A stretch of 61,172 bases of DNA, the filler included. It is 4 parts of 4 records of this genome, joined end to end, with 100 filler letters (N's around TTAATTAATTAA, not from the genome) between each part and the next. Parts side by side here need not be neighbours in the genome. Positions count along the whole stretch, not along the records: positions 14,300 to 23,292 come from SRR22947727_478; positions 23,393 to 45,237 come from SRR22947727_485; 2 more parts are not named here. The stretch is one strand, 5' to 3'. Positions 20,972 to 32,671 of the stretch are shown here, piece after piece. The translations under genes were made by a program, and so were the position numbers. Every line of letters begins with the position of its first letter. The first letter of the stretch is position 1. A model generated the notes under the pieces. The model did not search any database. It had not been told where the DNA came from and worked only from the letters and a program-made list of their open reading frames with translations.

Positions 20972-21487
20972 TTATGAGCAAGCTTTATTGATTGCTTCAA
21001 GTGCCTTGGTAAAACCAATTAATGAATAAGTATCAGTAATTTTAGTATTTCTTGTTGAAACACTTTTAACTTTAACTCTTGCACCCTTCTTCATTTGTTG
21101 AATAATTTTTTTCTCTAATTTTGTTTCTTCAACCCATGCACCTTCACCTGACGTAAAAAGCTTATGAGAAGAATCACCAATAATGACTGTTGCATCAGAG
21201 CCTAGTTTAAATGGAAACCCTGCTTGAATACTTGGCTCGTTAAATACTTTTTCATTCGGCATATTGGTTATCATTAGTGCAGCTGAGCCACGATTTAAGT
21301 TATCTGGTGATGTCGAAATTGGGTTTGATGACATAAAACATATTTTTTGATCACCATTTTCAGCAATTCTTGCCATCCAAGCCTTACCTGAGCCATATTG
21401 CCCAATAAGCTTAGACTCAACTATACCAAAAGCATTTACTGAAGATGCTAGTAGAAATATTGTGATTAGTTTAGTATAAAACCTCAT
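20972..21487 (-). CDS. Invasion associated locus B (IalB)-like exported protein
   Basis: Signal peptide; W..C, MKKG, DTYSLIGFTKAL..INKAC; usual alphaproteobacterial neighbour of rlmN. Confidence 0.75.
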   Translation of the reverse strand: MRFYTKLITIFLLASSVNAFGIVESKLIGQYGSGKAWMARIAENGDQKICFMSSNPISTSPDNLNRGSAALMITNMPNEKVFNEPSIQAGFPFKLGSDATVIIGDSSHKLFTSGEGAWVEETKLEKKIIQQMKKGARVKVKSVSTRNTKITDTYSLIGFTKALEAINKACS

Positions 21488-21519
21488 ATTTTATAATTTA
21501 TATATCGGGAATTAACATA

Positions 21520-22536
21520 ATGAAAGCAATAGTTTGTAAAGAATTTGGACCTCCAAGTGCACTTGTTTTAGAGGAAATGGAGCCTCTTTCGCCAAAGAAA
21601 AATGAAATATTAATAGATATTCATGCCGCGGGAGTCAATTTCCCCGATACTTTAATAATTAAAGATATGTATCAATTTAAACCTGCACTGCCTTTTACCC
21701 CTGGCAATGAAGTTGCTGGTATTGTTAGTGCGGTTGGTGAAGAAGTTACAAATTATAAAGTGGGTGATGAAGTAATGGCTATGCCACCATTTGGTGGTTA
21801 TGCAGAGCAAATAATTGTAACACCAGGTCAAGTTTCTAAAAAACCTGCCAATATGGATTTTGCTACAGCAGCATGTTTTTCAACTACATATGGCACATCA
21901 CATTATGGTTTAAAAGATAAAGCTAAATTAAAAGAAGGTGAAACTGTTTTAATTTTAGGTGCATCTGGTGGTGTTGGTATTTCTGCAATTGAAATTGCAA
22001 AAGCAATGGGGGCTAAAGTAATTGCTGCAGCTTCTACAGATGAGAAGCTTGCGGTTTGTAAAGAATATGGTGCAGATGAATTAATTAATTATGGTAATTA
22101 TGATTTATCTGATCGAGACCAAGTTAAATTATTTAGGTCTGATATTGGAAAAGCTTCAGATGGCAAAGGACCAGATGTTATTTACGATCCACTTGGAGAT
22201 AAGTTTAGTGAGCCAGCACTTAGAAGTATTGGTTGGGGAGGAAGACATCTAGTTATTGGATTTGCTGCAGGAGAAATTCCAAAAATTCCTTTAAATTTAT
22301 ATTTAGTAAAAGGTTGTTCTATGGTTGGTGTTTTTTGGGGTGCGTTTGTAATGCGTGAGCCACAAAATCATTTAGCTAATATGGATCAGCTGAGCAAATG
22401 GCATGAAGAGGGTAAAATCAAAGCACCCATTACGCAAATGTTCCCTCTTGAAAAAGCTGCTGATGCACTTGATCATATTTTGGCTAGAAAAGCTGTTGGT
22501 AAAATTGCTCTTACAACTTCATTTTATAAAAAATAA
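21520..22536 (+). CDS. NADPH:quinone oxidoreductase (MDR family)
   Basis: GVNFPD, PFTPG.E.AG, LGASGGVG, GFAAGEIP. Confidence 0.9.
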   Translation: MKAIVCKEFGPPSALVLEEMEPLSPKKNEILIDIHAAGVNFPDTLIIKDMYQFKPALPFTPGNEVAGIVSAVGEEVTNYKVGDEVMAMPPFGGYAEQIIVTPGQVSKKPANMDFATAACFSTTYGTSHYGLKDKAKLKEGETVLILGASGGVGISAIEIAKAMGAKVIAAASTDEKLAVCKEYGADELINYGNYDLSDRDQVKLFRSDIGKASDGKGPDVIYDPLGDKFSEPALRSIGWGGRHLVIGFAAGEIPKIPLNLYLVKGCSMVGVFWGAFVMREPQNHLANMDQLSKWHEEGKIKAPITQMFPLEKAADALDHILARKAVGKIALTTSFYKK

Positions 22537-22543
22537 TTTTGTA

Positions 22544-23263
22544 TTAAGAATTTTTTTGTCTGAATGCTGCCTCTACAGTATTTTTTAACAAGCATGCAAT
22601 AGTCATAGGGCCGACACCTCCGGGTACTGGAGTAATTGCAGAAGCTTTATTAATCACATCTGCATAATCAACGTCGCCAACAAGCATAGTTTTTGAGGTA
22701 TCATCTGGATTCTCAACCCGATTTATTCCAACATCGATAACTATAGCTCCTGATTTAATCCAATCAGCCTTAACCATTAAAGGCCTCCCAACAGCTGCAA
22801 CCAATATATCTGCTTGTCGCGTAATTGTTTCAATATCTTTTGTTTTTGAGTGTACTGTCGTCACTGTACAAGATTCTTCTAAAAGTAACTGCGCCATTGG
22901 TTTGCCAACAATGTTGGATCGACCAATAATCACAGCATGCATCCCTGCTAAATTAGGAATGCTTTTTTTTAACATCAAATAACAACCTAATGGTGTACAA
23001 GGAACAAAAGATTTTTTTAATAAATCGCCACCAATAGAATTTCTTCCAACATTTAAAGCATGAAACCCATCAGCATCTTTTATTGGATCAATTGCATCAA
23101 TAATGACTCTTGAATCTATATGATCAGGTAACGGTAGTTGTACTAAAATACCATTTACCTTGTCATTATTATTAAGTTGATTAATTAAGTCTATTAATTC
23201 GTTCTCAGAAATATCTATATCCTTGATATGATCTTCAACATCCATACCAATCTCTTTAGCCAT
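22544..23263 (-). CDS. folD: Methylenetetrahydrofolate dehydrogenase/cyclohydrolase (N-terminus missing at contig end)
   Basis: [40 protein letters not shown]. Confidence 0.95.
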   Translation of the reverse strand: MAKEIGMDVEDHIKDIDISENELIDLINQLNNNDKVNGILVQLPLPDHIDSRVIIDAIDPIKDADGFHALNVGRNSIGGDLLKKSFVPCTPLGCYLMLKKSIPNLAGMHAVIIGRSNIVGKPMAQLLLEESCTVTTVHSKTKDIETITRQADILVAAVGRPLMVKADWIKSGAIVIDVGINRVENPDDTSKTMLVGDVDYADVINKASAITPVPGGVGPMTIACLLKNTVEAAFRQKNS

Positions 23264-23292
23264 TTTTGATTAATAAATTCACTACTAAGTTC

Positions 23293-23392
23293 NNNNNNNN
23301 NNNNNNNNNNNNNNNNNNNNNNNNNNNNNNNNNNNNTTAATTAATTAANNNNNNNNNNNNNNNNNNNNNNNNNNNNNNNNNNNNNNNNNNNN
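23293..23392. other. Artificial contig linker
   Basis: N44-TTAATTAATTAA-N44. Confidence 0.98.
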
Positions 23393-23538
23393 ATTACACT
23401 GGAGATAGCATTTGTAACTCCCATCAAGGGGCTATGTAATGCAGGTGTTACTGACCAAACTACATAATAACCAATAATACACGCTAGGAAAAAAACAGTT
23501 AAACCTATGACAAAAACTTCTGAACTATGTGCTTCCAT
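23393..23538 (-). CDS. pntAB: NAD(P) transhydrogenase alpha-2 membrane subunit (3'-truncated)
   Basis: [26 protein letters not shown]. Confidence 0.9.
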
Positions 23539-23539
23539 A

Positions 23540-24661
23540 TTAATTAAATTGTTCCAATCTCATTTTTCCTTCATTAGTTAACACGACTGAATTAACAATT
23601 TCATCTTCCCAATTAAAAGTAATTTTTTTATTTTCCTTATCTATAATTAAACTTAAAAAATTAAAAATATTTTTTGCATACAAGGCCGATGCATCTTTTG
23701 CAACTCTTCCAGGTACATTTGCATACCCAACAACTTTAACGCCATTATGCTCAACAACTTCGCCTAGCTTACTCAACGGACAATTTCCTCCAGCCTCTAC
23801 TGCTAAATCAACAACCACTGAACCTGAAGCCATAGACTCCACCATCTCTTGAGAAATTAATTCTGGAGCAGTCTTCCCAGGGATTAGTGCTGTACAAATA
23901 ACTATATCTTGCTTTGCAATAGTCTCAGCAATAAGTTTAGCTTGCTTTTTTTTATATTCATCACTCATTTCCTTTGCATAACCGCCATCTGTTTCGGCGT
24001 TTGTGGATTCTTCATCTTCCACCATAATAAATTTTCCACCTAAACTCTCTACTTGTTCTTTAGTTGCAGATCTCACATCAGTTGCAGAAACAACAGCACC
24101 TAATCTTTTTGCAGTTGCAATAGCTTGTAAACCAGCAACCCCCACACCTAAGACCATAACTTTTGCTGGATTAACACGTCCTGCAGCCGTCATCATCATT
24201 GGGAATGCCTTACCAAACTGTTCAGCAGCATCAATGACACTTCTATAACCAGCTAAGTTTGCTTGTGAAGATAATACGTCCATGCTTTGAGCTCTACTAA
24301 TTCTGGGAATTAACTCCATGCAACAGGATGTGATTTTTTTATTATTTAAGGTTTTAAAATATTTTTTATTTTCATAAGGGTTTAAAATTCCAATTAAAAC
24401 TGTGTCTTCATTTAATAAATTTAAATCTTCCTCTGTAGGAATTTTAACACATAAACAAATATTAGCTTTTAGACATTCATTTCTAGATACAATTTTTGCT
24501 CCATTTTCTTCATAAAGATTGTTTGGATAACCTGAATTGTTGCCAGCACCATCTTCAATCAAGACATCTAATCCCAGACGTTGAAATAGCTTTATTGCAT
24601 CAGGCGTTAGTGCTACTCTATTCTCGTCAGTAGATGTTTCTTTTAGTGCTGATATACGCAT
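23540..24661 (-). CDS. pntAA: NAD(P) transhydrogenase alpha-1 subunit
   Basis: [51 protein letters not shown]. Confidence 0.95.
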   Translation of the reverse strand: MRISALKETSTDENRVALTPDAIKLFQRLGLDVLIEDGAGNNSGYPNNLYEENGAKIVSRNECLKANICLCVKIPTEEDLNLLNEDTVLIGILNPYENKKYFKTLNNKKITSCCMELIPRISRAQSMDVLSSQANLAGYRSVIDAAEQFGKAFPMMMTAAGRVNPAKVMVLGVGVAGLQAIATAKRLGAVVSATDVRSATKEQVESLGGKFIMVEDEESTNAETDGGYAKEMSDEYKKKQAKLIAETIAKQDIVICTALIPGKTAPELISQEMVESMASGSVVVDLAVEAGGNCPLSKLGEVVEHNGVKVVGYANVPGRVAKDASALYAKNIFNFLSLIIDKENKKITFNWEDEIVNSVVLTNEGKMRLEQFN

Positions 24662-24673
24662 AAGGGCTTATAA

Positions 24674-26008
24674 TTATAGGTTAACTAGTTTTAAAGTATT
24701 TTGTTGTTTTTCTGTTAATTTTTTTTGATCAAAATTCTCAATTAGCTCATGAAATACTTTATACCAATTAACCTCAGCTCTTAAATGCATGAATACAGAC
24801 CCAAGCCCAACAGCAGCCCTATCCATAAATACAAATTCTTTTGGCGGCTTAACACCTCCAATTTTTTTTAATTCTTTATGAACTTCTGATGCTATTTGAG
24901 CTCCATATATACCACTGTCACTCTCTTGAATTTTTTGAACTTTATCCTTCATTAAAGGTGCATACAAAAAATTTGCCCATTTACTCAATATGCTGAGCTT
25001 CTCTTTTGTAATATCATCAAAACCCCATTGTTCATATGCATGCACAGCAAGTGCTTCATCATTTTTTTGAAGAGCAAAATATAGATCAATTACGCCTTGA
25101 ATGAATTTTGATTTAAAAATTCTCATGCAACCAAAATCATACAAGTTAATACTTAGGTCATCTTGAACTGAATAATTTCCCATATGAGGATCTCCATGAA
25201 TAACACCATAATCAAAAAATGGTTTATACCAAGCATAGTACATATTTCTAGCAAGTGAATTTCTTATATCTTTTTTTTCATCTTTATAGGTTAAAATAGA
25301 TTTGCCCTCTAACCAAGACATAGTTAGCAATCTTTTTGTACTTAGTTTTTCAAAAGTTTTAGGAACATGAATAAAATTATTTTTTGAAAAAATTTTTCCA
25401 AAAACAGTCATTAATTTTTTTTCTCTTTCGTAATCTAATTCTTCAGTCAGTCTTTCTGTAATTTCTTTGTAAACTTCATCAGTTTTAATAGCCTTATTGT
25501 AGCTTTGATATATGGAAAAAATCATTTTTAATTGTGATAAGTCAGCACTTACAGCAGATTGCATATCTGGATATTGAAGTTTACAAGCTACTGTTTCACC
25601 ATTATTAGTAATAGCTTTATGAACTTGACCTAGAGAAGCGGCTCTAGTTGCCTCCTTATCAAATTCTTTGAATTGGTTTTGCCAATTTTGAGATAATTCC
25701 GAAGCCATTCTTCTTTTAACAAATAACCAGCCCATAGGTGGGGCATTAGATTGTAAATGTAATAATTCCTTTGTGTATTCATCAGGTAATAAATCAGGTA
25801 TGGTTGCTGAAAGCTGTGCTACTTTCATAAGAGGGCCTTTTATGCTTCCAAGAGCTTCTCTGATTTCTAACGCATGTTTTTCTTTATTTAATTTAACACC
25901 AAGATATTTTTGACTTGCTAACTTAGTTGCAAGTTTACCTACAACGCCACCAACTTGAGCATATCTTTTTATTTGCTTAGCAATTGATCGCGACTCTGTA
26001 TCTGCCAT
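24674..26008 (-). CDS. ABC1/UbiB/AarF atypical kinase
   Basis: AASLGQVHKA, VACKLQYP, EELDY, HGDPHMGN, YDFGC. Confidence 0.9.
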   Translation of the reverse strand: MADTESRSIAKQIKRYAQVGGVVGKLATKLASQKYLGVKLNKEKHALEIREALGSIKGPLMKVAQLSATIPDLLPDEYTKELLHLQSNAPPMGWLFVKRRMASELSQNWQNQFKEFDKEATRAASLGQVHKAITNNGETVACKLQYPDMQSAVSADLSQLKMIFSIYQSYNKAIKTDEVYKEITERLTEELDYEREKKLMTVFGKIFSKNNFIHVPKTFEKLSTKRLLTMSWLEGKSILTYKDEKKDIRNSLARNMYYAWYKPFFDYGVIHGDPHMGNYSVQDDLSINLYDFGCMRIFKSKFIQGVIDLYFALQKNDEALAVHAYEQWGFDDITKEKLSILSKWANFLYAPLMKDKVQKIQESDSGIYGAQIASEVHKELKKIGGVKPPKEFVFMDRAAVGLGSVFMHLRAEVNWYKVFHELIENFDQKKLTEKQQNTLKLVNL

Positions 26009-27808
26009 TTATAAAGTTTCCAATTCATCAATATAACTTTGAATTACATTTAAACCTTTTTTCCAAAAAGATTTTTTTGATAAATTTAAATTAAACGGAT
26101 TAAATAATTCATCATATTTTTTTGAACCTCCACTTTTAAGAAGGTTTATATATTTATCATCAAAATTGATTAGTCCTTGCTCATAGGTATTAAACAGGGA
26201 ATTAACTAAACAATCTCCAAATGCATATGCATAAACATAAAATGGAGAATGAATAAAATGAGGTATATAACTCCAAAAATATTTATATTCTTCCTCATAT
26301 TTTATGGATGGTCCCAAACTTGCTTTTTGAACATCCATCCAAATGGAACAAATTTGAGAAGTACTCAATTCTGTATTTTTTCTTAATGTATGAACTTCTT
26401 TTTCAAATTGAAAAAAAGCAATTTGCCTAATAACTGTATTGAGCATGTCCTCTACTTTATTTGCAAGAAGAGCTTTTCTTTCTTTTTTAGAATTTGCCTG
26501 CTCAAGTAATGATTTAAATGTAAGCATTTCTCCAAATACACTAGCAGTCTCTGCAAGCGTTAAAGGGGTTGAAGCATTAAAGTGTGTTTGGTTTTTACCA
26601 GCTAAATATTGATGTACTCCATGGCCTAATTCATGAGCTAAAGTTGCAACATCTCTAGTTTTTCCCTGAAAATTAACAAGAATGAAAGGATGAACAGAAG
26701 CCACAGTAGAGGCTGCAAAGGCTCCAGGTGATTTACCATCGAGAACTGGTGCGTGAATCCAATTTTTATCAAAAAATTGTTTTACGATATTTCCTATATT
26801 CGGATTAAATCCTGAATATGCATCAATAACTGTATTTTGTGCTTCTCTCCAAGTAAAAGTCTTAGAACTTTGAAAAGGAAGAGGTGCATTTCTATCCCAG
26901 TACATCAGGTATTTTTTTTTAAACCATCCTGCTTTTAAGGCATAATATCGATGTGAAAGTTTTGGATAATATTCAATAACCGAGCTAACGAGACTATCTA
27001 CTACAGAATCTTCTACTACGTTTGATAAATTTCTTGAACTTACCGGTGAAGGAAGTTTTCTCCAACTGTCATTGATTGACTTATCTTTTGCTAAGGTATT
27101 TGTAATAGTAGAAAAAAATTTAATATTACTCCCTAAAACTTTTCCAACTGATTTAGCCGCCAATTTTCTCGTAGACTCATTTTTATCAGACAAATAATTA
27201 AATATTTGTGCACTACTTAACTCTTCTTTTTTAAATGGGAATTTTAAAGAAGCTATTAAATCATCAAACAATCTTATCCACGCTGAGTGGGAAGTGATAC
27301 TTTTATCTTGTAGGATTTTTTCAATTTTTAGGTCTAACTGATAAGGTTTAAAGGAACGCTTATTGATAATCCAGTTTTTATATATTTGTAATTTTTGGTT
27401 TTTAACCAATTTACTAATTTGTTTTTCAGGAATTTGATTTAATTCCAGCGTGAAAAAAATAATTGAAGAAGCGAAATTAGTTATCTTTTCCTGCATTTGC
27501 TGGTAAAAAATTTTATTTTTTTCATTATTACCATCTTCAGCAACTAATAAATGAGCATAGGATAAAACTTTATCCATCAATACATCAATTTGTTCTAGTT
27601 GATTAATAGCTGTGTACAAATTTTCAGCTGATAAGCTCTTAACTTTATTTAAATATTTTTTTTCAAACTTAAGAGTACCATTCTTAATATTGTTTAAATC
27701 TCTAGATAAGCTCTGATCATTTTGAGAAGGGTATAAATCTTTAAGGTTCCAGATAGGCAATTTTCCAAGCTTTTTTGATGCATTAGTTTGATTATTTTTT
27801 ATATTCAT
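26009..27808 (-). CDS. M3 family oligoendopeptidase (PepF-like)
   Basis: WNLKDLY, TLAHELGHGVH, AETAS, HFIHSPFYVYAY. Confidence 0.93.
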   Translation of the reverse strand: MNIKNNQTNASKKLGKLPIWNLKDLYPSQNDQSLSRDLNNIKNGTLKFEKKYLNKVKSLSAENLYTAINQLEQIDVLMDKVLSYAHLLVAEDGNNEKNKIFYQQMQEKITNFASSIIFFTLELNQIPEKQISKLVKNQKLQIYKNWIINKRSFKPYQLDLKIEKILQDKSITSHSAWIRLFDDLIASLKFPFKKEELSSAQIFNYLSDKNESTRKLAAKSVGKVLGSNIKFFSTITNTLAKDKSINDSWRKLPSPVSSRNLSNVVEDSVVDSLVSSVIEYYPKLSHRYYALKAGWFKKKYLMYWDRNAPLPFQSSKTFTWREAQNTVIDAYSGFNPNIGNIVKQFFDKNWIHAPVLDGKSPGAFAASTVASVHPFILVNFQGKTRDVATLAHELGHGVHQYLAGKNQTHFNASTPLTLAETASVFGEMLTFKSLLEQANSKKERKALLANKVEDMLNTVIRQIAFFQFEKEVHTLRKNTELSTSQICSIWMDVQKASLGPSIKYEEEYKYFWSYIPHFIHSPFYVYAYAFGDCLVNSLFNTYEQGLINFDDKYINLLKSGGSKKYDELFNPFNLNLSKKSFWKKGLNVIQSYIDELETL

Positions 27809-27862
27809 AGTATGAAATCAATATAGGTATTAATAATAGTGTTTGTAGGGAGGTAAAGTCAA

Positions 27863-29686
27863 ATGTCTATCAATTTCGATAATTATAATAACATTGTCAG
27901 CATGTTTTTCGAAAAATCAAAAGAGATGAAAGACAAACCTTATCTATGGGAGAAAAAAAATAATAAATTTGAGTCATTGTCTTGGGGAGATATTGAATTA
28001 TCAGTTAAGTCTGTAGCAAGATCACTTATAGATTTAGGTGTTTTAAAGGGTGATAGAGTAATAATATTATCAGAGAATAGACCTGAATGGCAAATTTCAG
28101 ATTTAGCCATAATGTCGATTGGAGCAATAACTGTTCCAGTCTATACTACAAGTACAACTGAGGATTACAGTCATATCATCAATCACTCAGGCGCAAGATG
28201 CATGATCATATCATCTCATGAGCTTTGTCTTAAAGCATTACCCGCTGTCGAGAGTTCTGGAGACTGCAAGAGTGTAATAAAGATTAATGAAGATGGTCAA
28301 TCATATAATAATCCAGTAAATATTTCTCAATGGCACAAGCTTATTGAAACAAATACTGATGATGCTTGGAAAAATATTGAAAGTGAGGATTATAAAAATT
28401 ACGACTTTGATAATGAGATTAAGTCTATCAAAAGATCAGATACTGCATGCATTATTTACACATCTGGAACAGGTGGAAATCCGAAAGGTGTGATGCTAAG
28501 TCATGGTGCTATGTTATCTAATTGTAAAGGTGCACAAATATTATTAAAAAATCTTTTAGAAGGTATGGATGAAATTAAATTTTTATCATGGTTACCTTTA
28601 TCACATTCATACGAGCATACTTTACAGTTTTTTACTTTAGGTATTGGGGCTCAAGTTTACTATTCTGAAGGAATTGATAAGCTAGTTGTTAATATGGGTG
28701 AAGTTGGTCCTCATTTTATGACTGCTGTACCAAGATTTTATGACTCGTTACATACAAGAATTTCACAAGGTTTAAAAAATCAAAGTAAACTAAGCCAAAC
28801 TCTTTTTGCATCCACTCTAAGATTAGGTAAGAAAATATATAGTGGCGAAAAATTAAGCTTTATTGAAAGTTTGACAAATAATATTCTTGATAAATTAGTC
28901 AGAAGGAAGGTAAATAAAAGATTTGGCGGATCATTAAAAGCTCTAATTTCAGGAGGCTCAGCTCTTAATTTTGAAGTAGGACTGTATTTAACAGCTCTTG
29001 GATTGCCATTATTACAAGGATATGGTCAAACGGAAACTGCTCCAGTTGTTTCTGCCAATCCCCCTGAAAAAGTTAAATTAGATACTGTTGGACCACTTTT
29101 TCATGGAGTTAAAGTAAAAATTGCTGAAGATGGGGAAATATTAGTCAGTGGAGAAAATATCATGAATGGCTATTGGAATGACCCTGATGCAACATCAAAA
29201 ACTCTGATTAATGGCTGGGTTCATACAGGAGACATAGGTGAATTTGATAATGAAGATTACCTAAAAATTACTGATAGAAAAAAAGATATCTTAGTGAATG
29301 CAGGTGGGGACAATATTTCCCCTACAAGAGTAGAAGCAAAACTTGATATAGAGCCAGAAATAGCTCAATCTATGCTATACGGCGATTATAAAAATTATCT
29401 TGTTGCAGTTATTGTTCCCGATAAAGATTTTGCAATCAATTGGGCAAAAGAAAATTCTAAAGATCAAGTCTTTGAATCAATTGTTAAGGATGAAGATTTT
29501 ATTAAAACAATGAAAGAGATAGTAAACAAGGTAAATAAAAATTTATCTGTAATTGAGCAGGTAAGAAAATTTATTTTAATAGATCATGAATTTACTATTG
29601 AAAATAGTATGATGACTGTCTCAATGAAAGTTCGGCGTTTTGCTGTAAAAGATAAATATGCAGATCAATTAGAAAAACTTTATTAA
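27863..29686 (+). CDS. Long-chain fatty acid-CoA ligase
   Basis: YTSGTGGNPKG, QGYGQTE, TGDIG, DRKKD. Confidence 0.92.
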   Translation: MSINFDNYNNIVSMFFEKSKEMKDKPYLWEKKNNKFESLSWGDIELSVKSVARSLIDLGVLKGDRVIILSENRPEWQISDLAIMSIGAITVPVYTTSTTEDYSHIINHSGARCMIISSHELCLKALPAVESSGDCKSVIKINEDGQSYNNPVNISQWHKLIETNTDDAWKNIESEDYKNYDFDNEIKSIKRSDTACIIYTSGTGGNPKGVMLSHGAMLSNCKGAQILLKNLLEGMDEIKFLSWLPLSHSYEHTLQFFTLGIGAQVYYSEGIDKLVVNMGEVGPHFMTAVPRFYDSLHTRISQGLKNQSKLSQTLFASTLRLGKKIYSGEKLSFIESLTNNILDKLVRRKVNKRFGGSLKALISGGSALNFEVGLYLTALGLPLLQGYGQTETAPVVSANPPEKVKLDTVGPLFHGVKVKIAEDGEILVSGENIMNGYWNDPDATSKTLINGWVHTGDIGEFDNEDYLKITDRKKDILVNAGGDNISPTRVEAKLDIEPEIAQSMLYGDYKNYLVAVIVPDKDFAINWAKENSKDQVFESIVKDEDFIKTMKEIVNKVNKNLSVIEQVRKFILIDHEFTIENSMMTVSMKVRRFAVKDKYADQLEKLY

Positions 29687-29688
29687 TA

Positions 29689-29973
29689 TTATTTATTCTT
29701 AAAATCTTTTATTTGCTCTTCAGTCGCTTCTTGCTGATATTTATTTTTCCATTCATCATAAGGCATTCCGTAGACCAATTCTCTTGATTGATTATAATCT
29801 AAGGAAATATTTTTTTTTTCAGCAGCCGCTAAATACCATTTAGATAAGCAATTTCTGCAAAACCCTGATAAGTTCATTAAATCTATATTTTGAACATCAG
29901 TTCTTGTTTGCAAATGTATTATTAATCTTTCAGCAACATCTGCTAATAATTCTCTATCAAATTTTTTATTCAT
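29689..29973 (-). CDS. DUF1244 family protein
   Basis: DVQNIDLMNLSGFCRNCLSKWY, VYGMPYDEWK. Confidence 0.85.
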   Translation of the reverse strand: MNKKFDRELLADVAERLIIHLQTRTDVQNIDLMNLSGFCRNCLSKWYLAAAEKKNISLDYNQSRELVYGMPYDEWKNKYQQEATEEQIKDFKNK

Positions 29974-30031
29974 AATTACTCAATTAAGTTTAAATTTAGT
30001 TAAATTAAATATATAAACTTATATAAAATAA

Positions 30032-31471
30032 ATGAAACGTAATAGAAAAGCTAAAATTTTAGCAACATTAGGTCCAGCATCATCTTCAAGTGATTTAATT
30101 GAAAGTCTTTTTAAGGCTGGGTGTGATGTTTTTAGACTTAATTTTTCTCATGGCTCATTAGAAACTCACCGTCAAAATTTAGAAAATATAAGAACTTTAG
30201 AAGAAAAATATGATCATGCATCATGTATTTTAGCGGATTTACAAGGCCCAAAGCTGCGAGTTGGAGAATTTAAAAATACTGAAGAGTCACTAAAAAAAGG
30301 GCAGAAATTTATATTAGATACAAATTCAGCATTAGGTGATGATAAGCGGGTAAACTTTCCTCATTCTGAAATTTTTGATCACTTAACAACTAACAGTACA
30401 TTATTAATTAATGATGGAAGAATAAGACTTCAGGTAATTGAACAACATAAAGATCACTTAATCACTGAGGTTCTAAATGATGGAGTTATTTCAAATAATA
30501 AAGGTGTAAATATTCCTGACGTAATTCTTCCTATAGACTCAATGACAGATAAGGATAGAGCAGATTTACAAAAAGCTCTTGATATGAATGTTGATTGGGT
30601 TGCTCTTTCTTTCGTTCAACAAGCTGAAGATATAATTAAGTTAAAAAAAATTGTTGATGGAAAGGCGATGATAATGGCTAAAATAGAAAAACCATCTGCC
30701 GTAAAAAATATTGATGAAATTATCAAAGTTGCTGATGGCATTATGATTGCAAGAGGTGATCTTGGTGTAGAAATGCCAACCGAAAGAGTCCCAATTGTTC
30801 AAAAAAATATAATTAAGAGATGTCGTCATTTTGGCAAACCAGTAGTTGTAGCGACACAGATGCTTGAGAGCATGATAACTAATTTAGTACCAACAAGAGC
30901 TGAAGCTTCTGACGTTGCTAATGCAATTTATGATGGAACTGATGCTGTTATGTTATCAGGTGAATCTGCAGTTGGTGACTATCCGATTGAGTCAGTATCA
31001 ACAATGAATAGTATCATTGAAAACGTAGAGAAAGATAAAAATAATTTTAATTTAGAAATAGAAAATAATGAGAGTTTAAAAACAATTGATGATACAGATG
31101 CAATTACAAGTGCTGCCTATTCTATTGCTAATAATGCTGGTGCAAAAGCGATAATAACATTTTCTGTAAGTGGAAAAACTACTTTGAGGATGGCAAGAGA
31201 AAGAGCACCAGTACAAATAATTGGTCTTTCTCCAAACATTAAAACAGCGAGAAAAATGCAAATTGCTTGGGGAGTAAATTCATGTCATTCCACTCAAGAC
31301 GCAGCTAATACGACTGAAATGGTTCATATAGCATGCAGTGTAGTAAAAAATAAAAATTTAGTAAAAGCTGATGATAGCGTAATCATCACTGCAGGAGTTC
31401 CTTTTGGTAATGCTGGATCAACAAATTTATTGAGAATAGCAAAAATTATTGAAGATAAAAACCTTACTTAA
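30032..31471 (+). CDS. pyk: Pyruvate kinase
   Basis: KILATLGPAS, RLNFSHG, DLQGPK, AKIE, ARGDLG, ATQMLESM. Confidence 0.97.
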   Translation: MKRNRKAKILATLGPASSSSDLIESLFKAGCDVFRLNFSHGSLETHRQNLENIRTLEEKYDHASCILADLQGPKLRVGEFKNTEESLKKGQKFILDTNSALGDDKRVNFPHSEIFDHLTTNSTLLINDGRIRLQVIEQHKDHLITEVLNDGVISNNKGVNIPDVILPIDSMTDKDRADLQKALDMNVDWVALSFVQQAEDIIKLKKIVDGKAMIMAKIEKPSAVKNIDEIIKVADGIMIARGDLGVEMPTERVPIVQKNIIKRCRHFGKPVVVATQMLESMITNLVPTRAEASDVANAIYDGTDAVMLSGESAVGDYPIESVSTMNSIIENVEKDKNNFNLEIENNESLKTIDDTDAITSAAYSIANNAGAKAIITFSVSGKTTLRMARERAPVQIIGLSPNIKTARKMQIAWGVNSCHSTQDAANTTEMVHIACSVVKNKNLVKADDSVIITAGVPFGNAGSTNLLRIAKIIEDKNLT

Positions 31472-32666
31472 GTTGTTTACAAGCTTTTTTTATTCTTGCA
31501 CAAGCATCTTTTAAAATTTCATCACTCGTTGCATAGGATAATCTAAAATAAGGAGATAAACCAAAAGCAGCCCCATGAACACCGGCTATACCTTCACTTT
31601 CTAAAAGATAACTCATAAAATCTTCATCATTAGAAATTTTTTTTCCTTCTGGAGTTTGTTTGCCTATTACACCAGCACATGATGGGTAAACATAAAAAGC
31701 TCCTTGTGGTTTTAAACAGCTCAAACCATCAATTTGATTTAGTAAATTTACAACCAGATCTCTTCTTCTAATAAATGCCTGATTATGTTCATCAATAAAA
31801 TCTTGAGACCCATTCAATGCTTCTACAGAAGCGGCCATAGAAATTGAAGAGGTGGAGGTAGTACTTTGAGATTGAATTTTGTTCATAGCAGCAATAATTT
31901 CTTTTGGCGCACCACAATACCCCAATCTCCAACCAGTCATGCAATATGATTTAGACACTCCATTTAATGTTAGACATCTATCTTTAAGTTTTGGTTCAAC
32001 AGAAGCTATAGTTGAAAATTCTAAATCGTCATAAATTACTTTTTCGTAAATATCATCTGACATAATTAAAACTTGCGGATACTTTAATAAAACATCTGCT
32101 AATTTTTGAAGCTCTTGTTTGGAATAAAGACTACCAGTTGGATTACTCGGGCTATTCAACATTAACCATTTTGTTTTATTAGTAATACTTTTATCTAACT
32201 GATCAGCAGTTAGTTTGAAATTTTGATCCTCAGGACAAGGTACTATAATTGGCTTTCCTTCAGCTAATAAAACTATATCTGGATAACTTACCCAAAAAGG
32301 TGCAGGAATAATTACTTCATCTTCAGGGTTAATTGTTGCCATCATCGCATTATAAATTATGTGTTTACCTCCAACGCCAACAATTATTTCATCTAAATCG
32401 TAGTTCAAATTATTATCTTTTAAGAATTTTGATTGTATTGCTTTTTGCAATAAAGGGGTTCCTTTGCCAGGTACATACCTTGTTTGCCCTTCTTCCATTG
32501 CCGTTACAGCAGCTTTTCTAATGTTTAAAGGTGTATCAAAGTCAGGTTCTCCTGCAGCAAGAACTAAAACATCTTTACCCTCTGCTCTTAGAGCATTTGC
32601 TTTAATATTAATACCAACTGTCATTGAAGGTTTAATTCTTTTAAGTCTGTCAGCAATAAAATTCAT
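31464..32666 (-). CDS. Aspartate aminotransferase (class I PLP-dependent)
   Basis: GEPDF, NSPSNPTG, SDDIYE, SKSYCMTGWRLG. Confidence 0.92.
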   Translation of the reverse strand: MNFIADRLKRIKPSMTVGINIKANALRAEGKDVLVLAAGEPDFDTPLNIRKAAVTAMEEGQTRYVPGKGTPLLQKAIQSKFLKDNNLNYDLDEIIVGVGGKHIIYNAMMATINPEDEVIIPAPFWVSYPDIVLLAEGKPIIVPCPEDQNFKLTADQLDKSITNKTKWLMLNSPSNPTGSLYSKQELQKLADVLLKYPQVLIMSDDIYEKVIYDDLEFSTIASVEPKLKDRCLTLNGVSKSYCMTGWRLGYCGAPKEIIAAMNKIQSQSTTSTSSISMAASVEALNGSQDFIDEHNQAFIRRRDLVVNLLNQIDGLSCLKPQGAFYVYPSCAGVIGKQTPEGKKISNDEDFMSYLLESEGIAGVHGAAFGLSPYFRLSYATSDEILKDACARIKKACKQLK

Positions 32667-32671
32667 ATTAT

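Noticed and set aside
23264-23292. folD lacks its N-terminus and has an in-frame TAA two codons upstream of MAKEIG (possible pseudogene)
   Set aside because: It lies within about 25 nt of a contig end and the rest of the gene is intact; most likely a chimeric or low-quality contig end.
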